A stretch of DNA of 64,000 nucleotides from an uncultured Poribacteria bacterium (GCA_958296135.2 CATQHZ020000001.1:3328001-3392000); one strand, 5' to 3'; shown: positions 18,685-29,412, counted from the stretch's first letter. The notes: a model not told the origin generated them from the sequence alone. A program made the numbers and translations.

Positions 18685-20103
18685 CTAATAGGGCCGGTCG
18701 CTCGTTGTCAACGCGCACCACCGCGAGGCGAACAGATGGTTGAATAGCGCGTCCTGCGCCGCCGGCGTATGAATCTGCTTTAACGCCAGCGCAGCATGGA
18801 ATCGGACATATCGGTTCTCGTCTTCCAACCGCTCAACGAGGGTAGGAATTGCCGGTGCCGCGAGTTTCCCTAACTTTGTGAGCGCACGAGCGGCGTTGTC
18901 GCGAACCCAATAGAAATCATCACGTAATCCCGTTGTTAATACTTGCACCGCTTCCGTGAGTTCCGTTTCCGCTGCGACTTGCTGGCCGATGAGCCCTAAG
19001 CCTTCCATTGCGTGTCGCCGCACCCATTGACTGCTGTCTTGTGCGGCGCGCGTTAATGCAGGCACTGCCTCCTGCGCGGTTTTCCCCATATCCGCCAGCG
19101 CATACGCCGCGCTCGCCCGGACAGGCTCGGAATCGGCAGCAAGCGCGTCAATCAGCAGCGGCACCGCGGGAGTGCCCCTGATGCTCAACGCATACCCTGC
19201 ATAATTGCAGACCGCGTCGGAAACGCTATACAACGCTTGTTTCAAGGCAGGCATTGCGGCATCGCCGCCCTGCCCCAAACGATAGGCGGCGTTCAAGCAT
19301 GCGCGCTCGTCTTCGCTTGACAAGGTTTCAACCAGCGTCTCCACCTCAGCCGGCGACGCGCCGTTTGCAGTCCCGTTCGGTTTCCCATAATACCAATCCC
19401 AGAGTGATTCCCACATCGCAGGATGTTCCTCTGAATCTGCGCAGCTGCCGAGGGATTTCCAATCTGAAGTCTGGCTATGCCACGCCGGCTCATTGTGCAA
19501 AGCCGGTTCGTCTAAGCGCGAAAAGAGGAACTTCAACATATACCGCTTTTTGTCGCTCTGATTCGGCATCGCACGATGCCAGAGATCATAGTGGACAATC
19601 GTCACTGTACCGGCCTCACCACAGAGTGCGAGCTCGGGTTGCGCGTGCGCGCTCTCACCGGTATCGTAATACTGCGAACCGGGTAAAACGGCAGTCGGCC
19701 CCATGTCCTCCGTAACGTCCTGCGGATAATAGAACGCCATCGTCCAGCGGCACCGGTGCCGGCGAATCTGCTCATCGCCTTCATAGGTATCCTTATGAAA
19801 TACCTGTCCTTCGCTCCCTACTTGATTGTAGTGGCAGTATCGGTGCGGATGCATCACATAGTTGGGACCTAGGACTCCCTGCATCGCGCCGTGGACAACA
19901 GGATGCTCAAAGACTGCCTGAATTTCTGGGATGAGCGGGAGGACATTGTTGCCCAAATTGCCGGTCTGTGCGAACATCCGCTCCAGTTTGTCATAGATGT
20001 CCTCGTGAAAACTCGGCGGGAAATCAGCTTTCACCTTGACGTAGCCATTCATGATGAAATCCCGCATTGCCTGATCGGTAAGCTGCACTGCATTCGTATT
20101 CAT
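18685..20103 (-). CDS. PhyH-family dioxygenase fused to HEAT repeats
   Basis: FHKD, LPGS and WHRAMPN, followed by VR..AA.AL HEAT-like repeats; TTGACT-17-TATAAT promoter at 20136-20164. Confidence 0.88.
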   Translation of the reverse strand: MNTNAVQLTDQAMRDFIMNGYVKVKADFPPSFHEDIYDKLERMFAQTGNLGNNVLPLIPEIQAVFEHPVVHGAMQGVLGPNYVMHPHRYCHYNQVGSEGQVFHKDTYEGDEQIRRHRCRWTMAFYYPQDVTEDMGPTAVLPGSQYYDTGESAHAQPELALCGEAGTVTIVHYDLWHRAMPNQSDKKRYMLKFLFSRLDEPALHNEPAWHSQTSDWKSLGSCADSEEHPAMWESLWDWYYGKPNGTANGASPAEVETLVETLSSEDERACLNAAYRLGQGGDAAMPALKQALYSVSDAVCNYAGYALSIRGTPAVPLLIDALAADSEPVRASAAYALADMGKTAQEAVPALTRAAQDSSQWVRRHAMEGLGLIGQQVAAETELTEAVQVLTTGLRDDFYWVRDNAARALTKLGKLAAPAIPTLVERLEDENRYVRFHAALALKQIHTPAAQDALFNHLFASRWCALTTSDRPY

Positions 20104-20474
20104 TTGACGCGTTCTCCTCCTATTTTCTTGTGGAAATTATAGCAAACATTGCACGGAAAGTCAAGTTTTTGTATTGGCGCAAAGCGTTTGATAACGTCTT
20201 CCTCGTAATCACATCTCTCCGTAACTCCGCAGGGTTACGCCGCTTGAAAACGTGCCTGCGTCGCCTCGCGTAAGCGGGCCACCTTGTTGTTGCATGCTGT
20301 GCTCCTGCGGCTCAGTTTTTATCGGCTCAAAAAATTTGCGTTAAATTTCCGATGCTGCTATACTATTTCATAACGAGAATCAACGCAACCCGCGTAGGGC
20401 GAGGGAAAACCCGGCGAGCGCGAATCGCCGAGGGTTCCCCTCGCCATCGTTCAATAAAAAAAGAGGAACATTGC

Positions 20475-21446
20475 ATGAACGCACCCGAAAGAAAGTGGGA
20501 CGGAACCATCGTCCGCTATCCCGATCCGGCGATTGAGGTAATTGATGCCCGGTTTGCGACATACAAAATCGGCAATTCCGTTGTGGAAAGGCTGTGGACA
20601 GGCGCGCGCTGGTCTGAAGGCCCCGTCTGGTTCGGTGATGGAGGCTACCTGCTCTGGAGTGATATTCCCAACAATCGCATTCTGAAATGGGAAGAATCCA
20701 CCGGTGAAGTGAGCGTCTATCGCCAGCCGTCTAACTATAGCAACGGCCACACCCGCGACCGGCAGGGCAGACTTATCAGTTGCGAGCACGGCGCGCGGCG
20801 CGTCACGCGGACCGAATACGACGGCACCCTCACCGTGCTGATGGATAGTTTCAACGGAAAACCGCTGAATGCCCCGAACGACGTTGCTGTTCATACCGAT
20901 GGGCATATCTGGTTCACCGACCCGGGCTACGGCATTATGCTCAACTACGAGGGGCACAAGGCGGCGTTTGAACTGCCAACCTGCGTCTATCGCCTCAACC
21001 CTGATACCGGCGAGGTTACCGTCGTCACGGATGAACTGGAGAAACCCAACGGGCTCTGCTTCTCACCCGACTACACGAAACTCTACCTCGTTGACACAGG
21101 TGTCACGCACAAAGAGGGAACACCGCGGCACCTCTTTGTCTATGATGTCGTCGACAACGCGCTGTTGGAAAATAAACGGGTTTTTTGCGATATGACACCC
21201 GGGCTCGCCGATGGCATCCGGTGTGATATTGACGGAAACCTGTGGGCGAGTGCCGGCTGGGTAGGCGATGGATATGACGGTGTGCATATCTTCGCGTCGG
21301 ATGGAACGCTCATCGGCAAGATTCATCTGCCGGAAATCTGCGCCAACCTCTGCTTCGGCGGCGTGAAACGGAACCGCCTGTTTATGACAGGCAGCCAGTC
21401 CCTCTACTCAGTCTACGTTGAAGCCCAAGGCGTGCCGCTTTTCTAA
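20475..21446 (+). CDS. SMP-30/gluconolactonase family protein
   Basis: WSEGPVW, SDIPNNR, NAPND, PNGLCFSPD and DGIRCD motifs. Confidence 0.93.
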   Translation: MNAPERKWDGTIVRYPDPAIEVIDARFATYKIGNSVVERLWTGARWSEGPVWFGDGGYLLWSDIPNNRILKWEESTGEVSVYRQPSNYSNGHTRDRQGRLISCEHGARRVTRTEYDGTLTVLMDSFNGKPLNAPNDVAVHTDGHIWFTDPGYGIMLNYEGHKAAFELPTCVYRLNPDTGEVTVVTDELEKPNGLCFSPDYTKLYLVDTGVTHKEGTPRHLFVYDVVDNALLENKRVFCDMTPGLADGIRCDIDGNLWASAGWVGDGYDGVHIFASDGTLIGKIHLPEICANLCFGGVKRNRLFMTGSQSLYSVYVEAQGVPLF

Positions 21447-21579
21447 GACAGAAAAACAGAACCGCAAGAAACGTAGGCATCAACGATAGGCACGCCTATC
21501 AAGACAGGCGAGATGCCAAATTTAGCATCGAAAACGTCGTCTTCGCCAACAACGAAGAGGGCTTACGCCGAGACACGTT

Positions 21580-22428
21580 ATGGCACCAACCCACACCTCC
21601 GAACGCCTTGCGAACAACGAAAAACTAGAATCCATTGATTGTCCGACGTGCGAGCGCGATGACTCCGAACTACTCTTCCGGAAAGACTCGCTGTCAATCG
21701 TCGCATGCAAGGGGTGCGGTTTGCGGTATGTAAATCCTCGCGTCCGCAGCCAGACCTTGGAGGAGAACTACGTTGAGGCCTACTATCCGCCTGAAAAAAT
21801 TAACCGCATCCAGACTGACACGATGGAGTGGTTGCAAATGGCGGAACGGTTGGAGGAGTTGGAAAAACATCTCCCGACGCAGGGACGACTGCTGGATGTC
21901 GGGTGCGGGATTGGGACGTTCTTGCATCTTGCAGACGAACGGGGATGGCAGCCGCACGGAATCGAGCCCTCAAAAAGCGGTGCCGCCTGCGCAAAGGAAA
22001 CCTATCAACTAGACGTGCAGCGCGGAGAACTTTTCGATGCAAACTTTCCGACAGCGCATTTTGACGCAATCACTGCCTATCACGTGCTAGAGCATATCTC
22101 GGAATTGAACCCGTTCCTCGGCGAGCTGCGCCGAGTTTTGAAGCCGCAGACCGGGAAATTGGTTATCGAGGTGCCGAACGGGGGGAGTCTGCAGAGTCGT
22201 CTTCAGAACGCGGATTGGCCCTATGTTCACCCCCGCGACCATCTCTACTACTTCTCTGCACGCACCTTGCCGAAACTGCTGCGGAAACACGGCTTCCGAG
22301 ACATCACCTTGGGTAGGCCGAAGCGTGTGAGCCCCAAAGAAGGCGCGAGGTTCGCACTCCGCGGCGCGACGACAGCAGTGCTCGTCCGCCTCCATTTAGG
22401 CACCGTCATCCGGGTGTATGCCAACTAA
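21580..22428 (+). CDS. Class I SAM-dependent methyltransferase with N-terminal Zn-ribbon
   Basis: CPTC...CKGC, LLDVGCGIG, HVLEH, EVPN and HLYYF; the start codon lies inside a family-A repeat (21530-21624). Confidence 0.88.
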   Translation: MAPTHTSERLANNEKLESIDCPTCERDDSELLFRKDSLSIVACKGCGLRYVNPRVRSQTLEENYVEAYYPPEKINRIQTDTMEWLQMAERLEELEKHLPTQGRLLDVGCGIGTFLHLADERGWQPHGIEPSKSGAACAKETYQLDVQRGELFDANFPTAHFDAITAYHVLEHISELNPFLGELRRVLKPQTGKLVIEVPNGGSLQSRLQNADWPYVHPRDHLYYFSARTLPKLLRKHGFRDITLGRPKRVSPKEGARFALRGATTAVLVRLHLGTVIRVYAN

Positions 22429-22492
22429 TGCTGCTGGAGGACTACAGAACAAACCCCGTGGGCGCGGCTCACCACCGCGCATCAACGCGCGC

Positions 22493-23008
22493 CTACGGAG
22501 AAATTGAAAACGTTTGAATGACATCGTTCATGAGGCACCTGTTGGCGATGGTTTCAAGCAACGCCACGTTCAGCGCGCCGGTGAACCTATATTTCGAGCC
22601 CGTGCAGACCGCGTTGACACCCGTGATGCCCAAATCTTTGACGCCTTTGACAGTGCTATCGCCGACAGCGTCAGTAACACCGGGTTTGAATTGCACCTCA
22701 ATAGTCCAGTCCTCAGTTGAGGTAGTCCTTGAGTGCTCACTTCTACCAGAAGAATTCGGGACAGGAAGGGCTTTCCTACTAGAAAGACGCGCTGCAGTAT
22801 ATGTCTGCGTTATCGGATCGGCGAGCAGTTCTGTACTAATTCTATCAACAGTTTGTGCGTCAAGCGCGCCATCAAGCCAGAAGAGCGTCGCCGTTCGCAC
22901 CGAATCAACGCCGCGAATCCCGAGGTCTGCGATATCCTCAAGGATGCCCTGTCCAACGGTGTCAGGGACTTCCGGTTTATAGTAAACTTCAATTTTCCAA
23001 GTTGTCAT
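22493..23008 (-). CDS. purS: Tandem PurS-like domain protein (FGAM synthase accessory)
   Basis: Two repeats (YKPEVPDTVG...LLADPITQ and FKPGVTDAVG...LMNDVIQ). Confidence 0.7.
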   Translation of the reverse strand: MTTWKIEVYYKPEVPDTVGQGILEDIADLGIRGVDSVRTATLFWLDGALDAQTVDRISTELLADPITQTYTAARLSSRKALPVPNSSGRSEHSRTTSTEDWTIEVQFKPGVTDAVGDSTVKGVKDLGITGVNAVCTGSKYRFTGALNVALLETIANRCLMNDVIQTFSISP

Positions 23009-23037
23009 ATTTTCTCCATAACCAAGGTGAAATCACC

Positions 23038-23883
23038 ATGTCCGTTAACCGAACACATTACGCCAGACAAAAAATTTTAGTTTTCGGCGCGCATCCCGAT
23101 GATTGCGACATGCAAGCGGGAGGTGTCGCCGCCCTATATACCCAACAGGGACATTGCGTGAAATTTGTCTCTGTGACTAACGGCGATGCCGGCCATCATG
23201 AAATGGGTGGCGGCACCTTGGCGCGCCGCAGGGCCGCCGAAGCACAAGCCGCCGCCGCAACCATCGGCATTGAATATGAACTGTTTGATAACCACGATGG
23301 CGAACTCTTGCCGACGTTAGAGAACCGCTATCAAATCATTCGCACCATTCGCGAGTTTCAGCCAGCGCTAATTATGACACACCGACCGAACGATTACCAT
23401 CCAGACCATCGGTATACGTCGATGTTGGTGCAGGACGCGGCGTATATGGTAACGGTGCCGAACATTTGCGCGCTCACGCCGCACCTACAGAAGAATCCAG
23501 TCATTGTTTACCTGAACGACAGGTTCTTGAAACCCTATCCGTTCACGCCGGATGTCGCTGTCGGCATTGATGCCGTGGTAGAGCAGAAAATCGACATGCT
23601 ACATTGCCATACCTCGCAACTCTACGAATGGCTGCCCTACAATAGCGGGACTTTAGCCGATGTCCCCGCGGGGGAAACAGCACGACGCGCATGGCTAGCG
23701 CAGCGGTTACTGACTCGATTCCACAGCATCGCTGAAAAGCACCGCGCGCTATTAGTCTCCCTCTACGGAGAAAAAGTTGGAAATGAAATCCAATACGCCG
23801 AAGTGTTTGAGGGGTGCGAATACGGGTCTCCGCTCACAGCAGAGAATATCCCAACGCTCTTCCCCTTTTTTTCTAACTCCTAA
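23038..23883 (+). CDS. PIG-L/LmbE family deacetylase
   Basis: GAHPDD, TNGDAG, RR.AEA, HPDH and H.SQ motifs. Confidence 0.92.
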   Translation: MSVNRTHYARQKILVFGAHPDDCDMQAGGVAALYTQQGHCVKFVSVTNGDAGHHEMGGGTLARRRAAEAQAAAATIGIEYELFDNHDGELLPTLENRYQIIRTIREFQPALIMTHRPNDYHPDHRYTSMLVQDAAYMVTVPNICALTPHLQKNPVIVYLNDRFLKPYPFTPDVAVGIDAVVEQKIDMLHCHTSQLYEWLPYNSGTLADVPAGETARRAWLAQRLLTRFHSIAEKHRALLVSLYGEKVGNEIQYAEVFEGCEYGSPLTAENIPTLFPFFSNS

Positions 23884-23988
23884 CCCGGTAGGCCGGGCGG
23901 CGCGATTGCTTTTGCGACGCAACGCAATCGCGCAGACTGAAGGCGTAACGGTTTGAAACCGCGCTCGCTACAGCAAGAAAGACAAAAA

Positions 23989-24249
23989 ATGCCAACAGAA
24001 GAAGCCAGTCCACGAACATTGATGGTCATCGTCTGCGTCATCGGTCTGATTTTTGCGATTGTGATGGTAATCCTCTTTTTCAACGCCGCCCCGGCGCGCT
24101 CAAACATAGAGGTGCACCAACAATCGACAGAGGATGCCGCGTGTCTCAAATGCCATTTGAAAGGTGACGAAAAGTCCCCGACGATGCCGCACCTAGACCT
24201 CGGCAACTGCAACCTGTGCCACGGGCTATCAAAAGAGCCGCCGCGCTAA
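23989..24249 (+). CDS. Small membrane-anchored diheme c-type cytochrome (NapB-like)
   Basis: N-terminal TM helix, CLKCH and CNLCH heme-binding motifs, intervening PTMPH. Confidence 0.75.
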   Translation: MPTEEASPRTLMVIVCVIGLIFAIVMVILFFNAAPARSNIEVHQQSTEDAACLKCHLKGDEKSPTMPHLDLGNCNLCHGLSKEPPR

Positions 24250-25131
24250 AACTGCTACCCACGTGATGTCATCTTCTGGCTCGCGCGCGACTTGCAGACA
24301 CTCGAAACGGTGCGCCTCCAAAACGGATTTGACTTGGGCGAGCTCTGTCTCCAAAATGCCTGAGAAAATGACGTGCCCTTCGGGATGCAGGCGCGGCACG
24401 CAGTCCGGGATAATAGGGAGAATCACCTTCGTTAGGATATTTCCGACGATGAGATGATAGGTGCCTCGCTGCCCTTTGAGCCCATCACCTTGCAACAATT
24501 GCACCTGCGAATGGACACCGTTATTGCGAAAATTCGATTCAGCCACAGGTATCGCTGCCGCATCTAGTTCAATCGCATCGACATGTTTTGCCCCTAACTT
24601 CACGGCGGCGATGGTTAAGATGCCGGATCCGGTGCCAATATCGGCGACGCTGTAGGCGCGGTTTGCAACCGCGCATCCTTTTACCGCTCCCTCCAACAAT
24701 TCAAGGGAGAGCCGCGTGGTTGGGTGGTAACCCGTGCCGAATGCCATTCCCGGGTCCAGTCGGATGAGGATGTCTGTCTCGGCAGGCGCGATGTCCTCCC
24801 ACGTCGGTGCGATGAGCAACCGTTTTCCAACGCGCTGGGGCGGAAAGGCTGCCTTCCACGCTTCCTCCCAAGCCTCGGATGCCACCTGTTTTAAGGTAAC
24901 CTGCGCTGGATGCGGTTCAATCCCCCACGTCGGCAGTTGTGCAAGAAAATCTCGCAACTTCTGAACCTTCGCGCCGACCCTGTCATCCAATGGATAGTAG
25001 GCGATGAGGCGGGTTGTCGCCGCAGCGTCATCCTTGAATTCAACGCCGAGCGCATTCAATTGAAATAGATAGTTAGCAACCGCTTCGGATGCCTCGTGGG
25101 AGGTAGTTACCGTCATTTGTGCCCAGTGCAT
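24229..25131 (-). CDS. prmA: Ribosomal protein L11 methyltransferase
   Basis: LDPGMAFGTGYHPTT, DIGTGSGIL and SGIL; located downstream of dnaJ. Confidence 0.95.
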   Translation of the reverse strand: MHWAQMTVTTSHEASEAVANYLFQLNALGVEFKDDAAATTRLIAYYPLDDRVGAKVQKLRDFLAQLPTWGIEPHPAQVTLKQVASEAWEEAWKAAFPPQRVGKRLLIAPTWEDIAPAETDILIRLDPGMAFGTGYHPTTRLSLELLEGAVKGCAVANRAYSVADIGTGSGILTIAAVKLGAKHVDAIELDAAAIPVAESNFRNNGVHSQVQLLQGDGLKGQRGTYHLIVGNILTKVILPIIPDCVPRLHPEGHVIFSGILETELAQVKSVLEAHRFECLQVAREPEDDITWVAVLARRLF

Positions 25132-25267
25132 ATTTTTCGGAGTAGCGCAAAGCGTTCGGCGAACATCTCTGGTGTAAGAACAGTGAACTTCCCAGGCCGA
25201 CTTGACGTTGTCAAGTCTTGCATTTCTTTCTAACATCGTGAAAATCTGTATCGCGCAGCCGCTGATA

Positions 25268-26241
25268 TTACCTTTTCTTTACGATGAGGAGTTCGTGAGC
25301 GTGCTTGACGTGCCCGGTGCCATTCTCAATCCGATTCTTGCCAATGCGGGTTTCGCCCTGCCCTAAGGTATACTGCCATTCAACCTCAATGATTCGGAAA
25401 TCGGCATACCAGCCTCGGATAGTCTTGCAATCGTTGTAGGAAAGGACGAAGCCGCCATTATGCGCGTGGAGCAAGTCGCGTAGCAGTTCATGCTTGAAGC
25501 CGTTATGGTGCACTGGGAAATTCCGTTGTGGATAAATCCCCTTGAACATTTTCCCTTCATCAAGGTAGTAAGGCGGATCGCAGTAGAGGAATTCACCCGG
25601 ATGCAGAGGAAGAGTTTCCTCAAAACTTCCGTGCCGCACAGATAAAAAAGGACACTGGAAATGACGTACCGTTTCCACCGCACGGGCATATTTCCCCGGC
25701 GACTCGTAAATCTTCGACATCCAGCCGAGGAAGCCGGGACCGTAGGAGAGATTGTGATTGAACCAATAATGCGCCCCCAATTCTAACGCATCCTCAATGC
25801 GGTTTTCGTCCTTCCAATGCGCTTTGAGTCTACGCTTAATCTCAGCGTATTGCGTCTTCGTGGGGGCCACCGTTCAAGTCTCTCCGCAAGTTGTTTACCT
25901 GACGTAAGTTGCACATGCCAATAGTTGACGAGGATATCAAAGATGTCGTAGGCTTGCACCCGTATACCGAGTTCTGCAGCGCAGGCAATCTCAACCGCGC
26001 CACCGCCCATAAACGGTGAAACTAGTGTCTCTAAGCCATCGGGCATTTGCTCCACGACATGCCCAACGCCAAGACTTTTCCCACCAGCATAACGCAGCGG
26101 CAGCCCTTTGTAACGCGCGTATTTATACCTTCCCCGGCTTCTCAGCGACTCTAAAAATAGCACTCTCAAAGAAGTGCCAAAAAAGTCCGGATAGATATCC
26201 TTTATCTGAGCAGGACTTGCGGAATAACGTATCACGTGCAA
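25268..26241 (-). pseudogene. D12-class (Dam-like) N6-adenine DNA methyltransferase split by a frameshift near 25862-25868
   Basis: LRYAGGKS and SPFMGGG are in one frame; YCDPPY and LSYN are in another. The frames overlap at TGGCCCCCACG. Confidence 0.85.
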
Positions 26242-26344
26242 TCTAATGCTCCTTTTTTTCTTCGCGCGTAGCGGACAGATGTAACGCTATAGACTCGGAT
26301 TTGGTGCATCAAGACCGGGGGCTCTCCTACCTCATCAGGCCTGT

Positions 26345-27472
26345 CTACGCAGTGCCTTCATCGGCTGAATCGTTGTGGCGAAAGAGTTTATCCCAAAAAC
26401 CGCCATGCTCCGTTTGAGAAGCTTCACCGAGAGACTCCGCAAACTCTTCTAACTTCTTGCGCTGCGTCTGGGTGAGGTGCCGGGGGGTTTCAATCTCGAT
26501 GCTGACAACCAGGTCACCGGCAGCCGAGCGTTTGTAGTGCGGAACCCCTTTGCCGGGAATGCGCAACTGCGCGCCATACTGCGTGCCAGCCGGAATCCGC
26601 AACTCCTCGGTGCCATCAATCCCCTCCACCTTAATCTTCCCACCGAGCGTCGCTTGGACGAAGGAAATGCGTGCGGAGGTAACCAGATCGTTTCGCTCGC
26701 GGCGGAAGCGTTCATGCGGGACGACATTGACAACCACAAAAAGATCGCCCGGCGGCGCGCCGTTCGTGCCAGCCTCGCCTTCGCCCCGCAACTGATATTT
26801 GAAACCGGTCTCAACACCTTTGTCAATAGTCAACGGGATGTCACGCTTGACGCGGATGAGGCCCTGCCCATCACAAGCCTGACAAGGTTCCGTAATGATT
26901 TCGCCTTCGCCGCGGCAGCGGGGACAAGTGCGGGACATGGTGAAAAACCCCTGCGATTGGGTTACCTGCCCTCTGCCGTAACATTCAGGACAGCTCTGAA
27001 CGCGCGACCCTTTTTTTGCACCGCTCCCCTCACACGTCGGGCAAGATTCAATTCGCGGCACCTCCAGAGTTACCTCTTTGCCATGGATGACATCTTCAAG
27101 CGTGACATCAAGGTTGTATTGCAAGCTGCGCCCGCGCTTCGGCGAACGATGCGACTCCCTGAAACCACCGAGCAGATCCCCGAAGACATCCCCGAAAATA
27201 TCGTCAAGGTTGACACCAAAGCCCCCGTAATTGCCAACACTTCCTTCCATCCCGGCATGGCCGAACTGGTTGTAACGGCTCCGTTTTTCAGGATGGCTTA
27301 GCACCTCGTACGCCTCGGTGGCCTCCTTGAATTTCTCTTCAGCCTCTTTGTTCCCCGGATTCTTATCCGGGTGATATTTAATCGCGAGCTTCCGGTAAGC
27401 CTTTTTAACCTCGTTTCCATCAGCACTACGGCTGACATCCAGAACCTCGTAATAGTCGCGTTTTTGCGTCAT
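26345..27472 (-). CDS. dnaJ: Chaperone DnaJ
   Basis: J domain HPD, four CxxCxGxG repeats. Confidence 0.98.
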   Translation of the reverse strand: MTQKRDYYEVLDVSRSADGNEVKKAYRKLAIKYHPDKNPGNKEAEEKFKEATEAYEVLSHPEKRSRYNQFGHAGMEGSVGNYGGFGVNLDDIFGDVFGDLLGGFRESHRSPKRGRSLQYNLDVTLEDVIHGKEVTLEVPRIESCPTCEGSGAKKGSRVQSCPECYGRGQVTQSQGFFTMSRTCPRCRGEGEIITEPCQACDGQGLIRVKRDIPLTIDKGVETGFKYQLRGEGEAGTNGAPPGDLFVVVNVVPHERFRRERNDLVTSARISFVQATLGGKIKVEGIDGTEELRIPAGTQYGAQLRIPGKGVPHYKRSAAGDLVVSIEIETPRHLTQTQRKKLEEFAESLGEASQTEHGGFWDKLFRHNDSADEGTA

Positions 27473-27798
27473 TAAAGTTCACCTTTTCTAAACATAGGTG
27501 AGGGACAGTGTCCTGCGCTGCAGGGGCACGTCTCTGGGGCAGACACCGAGTCGCGGTTTTCCTGAATCGATGCCCACTGTCCCGCAGAGATGCACGCGAA
27601 ACAGCGGAACTACCCTCGTCCTAGTTTCGTGGGAATTTCTCTCCTTTTTCACTTCAGGCGAAGGACAGGCCCTCGTCCTACGTCAAACCAGAACTGCAAG
27701 GATTTGACAACGTCAATGCGGCCTGATAAGACAACCTCTCAGGATACTGGTAACTAAACAGTGCCCCGCGAACAACAAATTACGCTGCAGCGTCACTG

Positions 27799-28485
27799 CT
27801 AATCCGTTTCCGGAGCCTGCTCTGCATTCTCCGCTGGGCCCTGGGAGACGACGACTTGGGAAGCGCGAAGGACGCGAGTGTGCAACTGATACCCGCGCCG
27901 ATATTCCTCAACCACTTTGCCTTCAGGAACCTCATTCGATGGCACTGCAAGGATTGCTTGATGTTGGAGCGGGTCGAACGGTTGCCCAAGTGCCTCAATC
28001 GGCGTGAGCCCGTGGGCGTTGAGAGCATCCAGCAGCTGCTTTTGGACGAGCTGCACGCCTTCGCTGAAGTTAGCAAACTCCGTGTCGGTGTCGTTGGCAC
28101 CGGTCTTTTCAGCGACGCTTTTTATCGCCGCCTCAAGGCTATCCAACACGGGGATAACCCCTTCCAACAGGGCTTCATTGGCGTACTGAAGTTTCCGAAC
28201 CGTTTCGGCTTCCAACCGCTTTTTGGCGTTTTCTGCCTCGGCAGCGGTACGGAGGAGACGCTCGCGCTCTGCTTCATATTGTTCGCGCGCCGATGCTTCA
28301 ACCGCCTCCAACTGCTCCCTATACTCCGATTGGAGAGCCTCAAGTTCTGCTACCACAGCTTCAAGCGTGCGTTCTTGCGGTGCTGCACAAGTCTCTTCTT
28401 GCGTTGTCTCCAGTTCGTCCTCACACGCCGGAGCCGCTGGTGTATCAACTACAATTTCTATGGGAACCTCTTTAACGTCAGACAT
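27799..28485 (-). CDS. grpE: Nucleotide exchange factor GrpE
   Basis: LR.AAE.EN.KKR, FDPLQHQA and GY...RVLR.SQV.V. Confidence 0.95.
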   Translation of the reverse strand: MSDVKEVPIEIVVDTPAAPACEDELETTQEETCAAPQERTLEAVVAELEALQSEYREQLEAVEASAREQYEAERERLLRTAAEAENAKKRLEAETVRKLQYANEALLEGVIPVLDSLEAAIKSVAEKTGANDTDTEFANFSEGVQLVQKQLLDALNAHGLTPIEALGQPFDPLQHQAILAVPSNEVPEGKVVEEYRRGYQLHTRVLRASQVVVSQGPAENAEQAPETD

Positions 28486-28570
28486 TATTCTTCCTTTGTT
28501 GGGTTAGGTATCGGGCATGCGCGTGTTGAAAGCGCGCCGGTTGCCCCGTGACTACTGAGTTTGGTTCGCG

Positions 28571-29317
28571 TTAGCCATGAACAGCATCGGCGAACTGTTT
28601 CATCAGTTCAAACGAGCCATTTTCTTCAAGCACATTGCCTGTGACGATGAAATCCGCCCCGGCGTTGACTTTTTTCTCGGCGAGCACTGGCGTGCGGATG
28701 CCGCCGCCGACAATCAATGGAATGTTGATGTACGCTTTCACTGCGGCAATCATCGCATCCGAGACAGCGTGCTTCGCGCCACTGCCAGCCTCCAAGTAGA
28801 CGAGCTTCATACCGAGGTATTGGGCGGCTAACGCGTGCGGGCCCGCGATATCCGGCTTATTGCGCGGAATCGGCATCGTGCCACTCACGAATTCAACAGC
28901 AGTTCGGTTGCCGCCTTCAATCAACAAGTAGCCGGTGGGGATGGGTTCTAGCGCGTAGCGTTGAATCCACGGCGCGGCTTTCACCTGTTCCCCGATGAGA
29001 TAGTTCGGGTTTCTGCCACTGATGAGGCTCATGTAGAGAATCGCATCGGCGTGTGCAGTGAGGTGCATTGAGTCCCCCGGGAAAAGCACGATAGGGAGGC
29101 GTGTCGCGTTTTTCAACGTTTCCGCAATCGGATGCAAGGCGGTTGTTAAAAAACTGCCGCCGAGCAGAATCGCATCTGCACCTGCCTGTTCAACGTCGCA
29201 TGCAAGCCGGGCGCACGTCGCAACCTCACACTGCTCCGGATCGAGCAGGACAAGATAGCCAGCACGATGTCTATTCAGGACCTCGTGGAAGTGGTTCAGA
29301 ACCCAATGTGAAGCCAA
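28571..29317 (-). CDS. Geranylgeranylglyceryl phosphate (GGGP) synthase family, group II-like
   Basis: LLDPE, LGGS, LFPG, SLISGRNPNYLIGEQV, PTGYLLIEGG, YLEAGSGA, VGGGIR and VTGN motifs. Confidence 0.9.
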   Translation of the reverse strand: MASHWVLNHFHEVLNRHRAGYLVLLDPEQCEVATCARLACDVEQAGADAILLGGSFLTTALHPIAETLKNATRLPIVLFPGDSMHLTAHADAILYMSLISGRNPNYLIGEQVKAAPWIQRYALEPIPTGYLLIEGGNRTAVEFVSGTMPIPRNKPDIAGPHALAAQYLGMKLVYLEAGSGAKHAVSDAMIAAVKAYINIPLIVGGGIRTPVLAEKKVNAGADFIVTGNVLEENGSFELMKQFADAVHG

Positions 29318-29383
29318 ATGGAAACGTTCCTTCTCAATAAAGCGTTTACGGATTTGCGCGTGTTTCCCGCGCGTGTCCTAATT

Positions 29384-29412
29384 ATTTTACCACATTTATG
29401 CCCATTTGTCAA
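29384..29412 (-). promoter_or_regulatory. Sigma70-type promoter upstream of GGGPS-grpE-dnaJ
   Basis: TTGACA-17 bp-TAAAAT on the minus strand. Confidence 0.7.
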
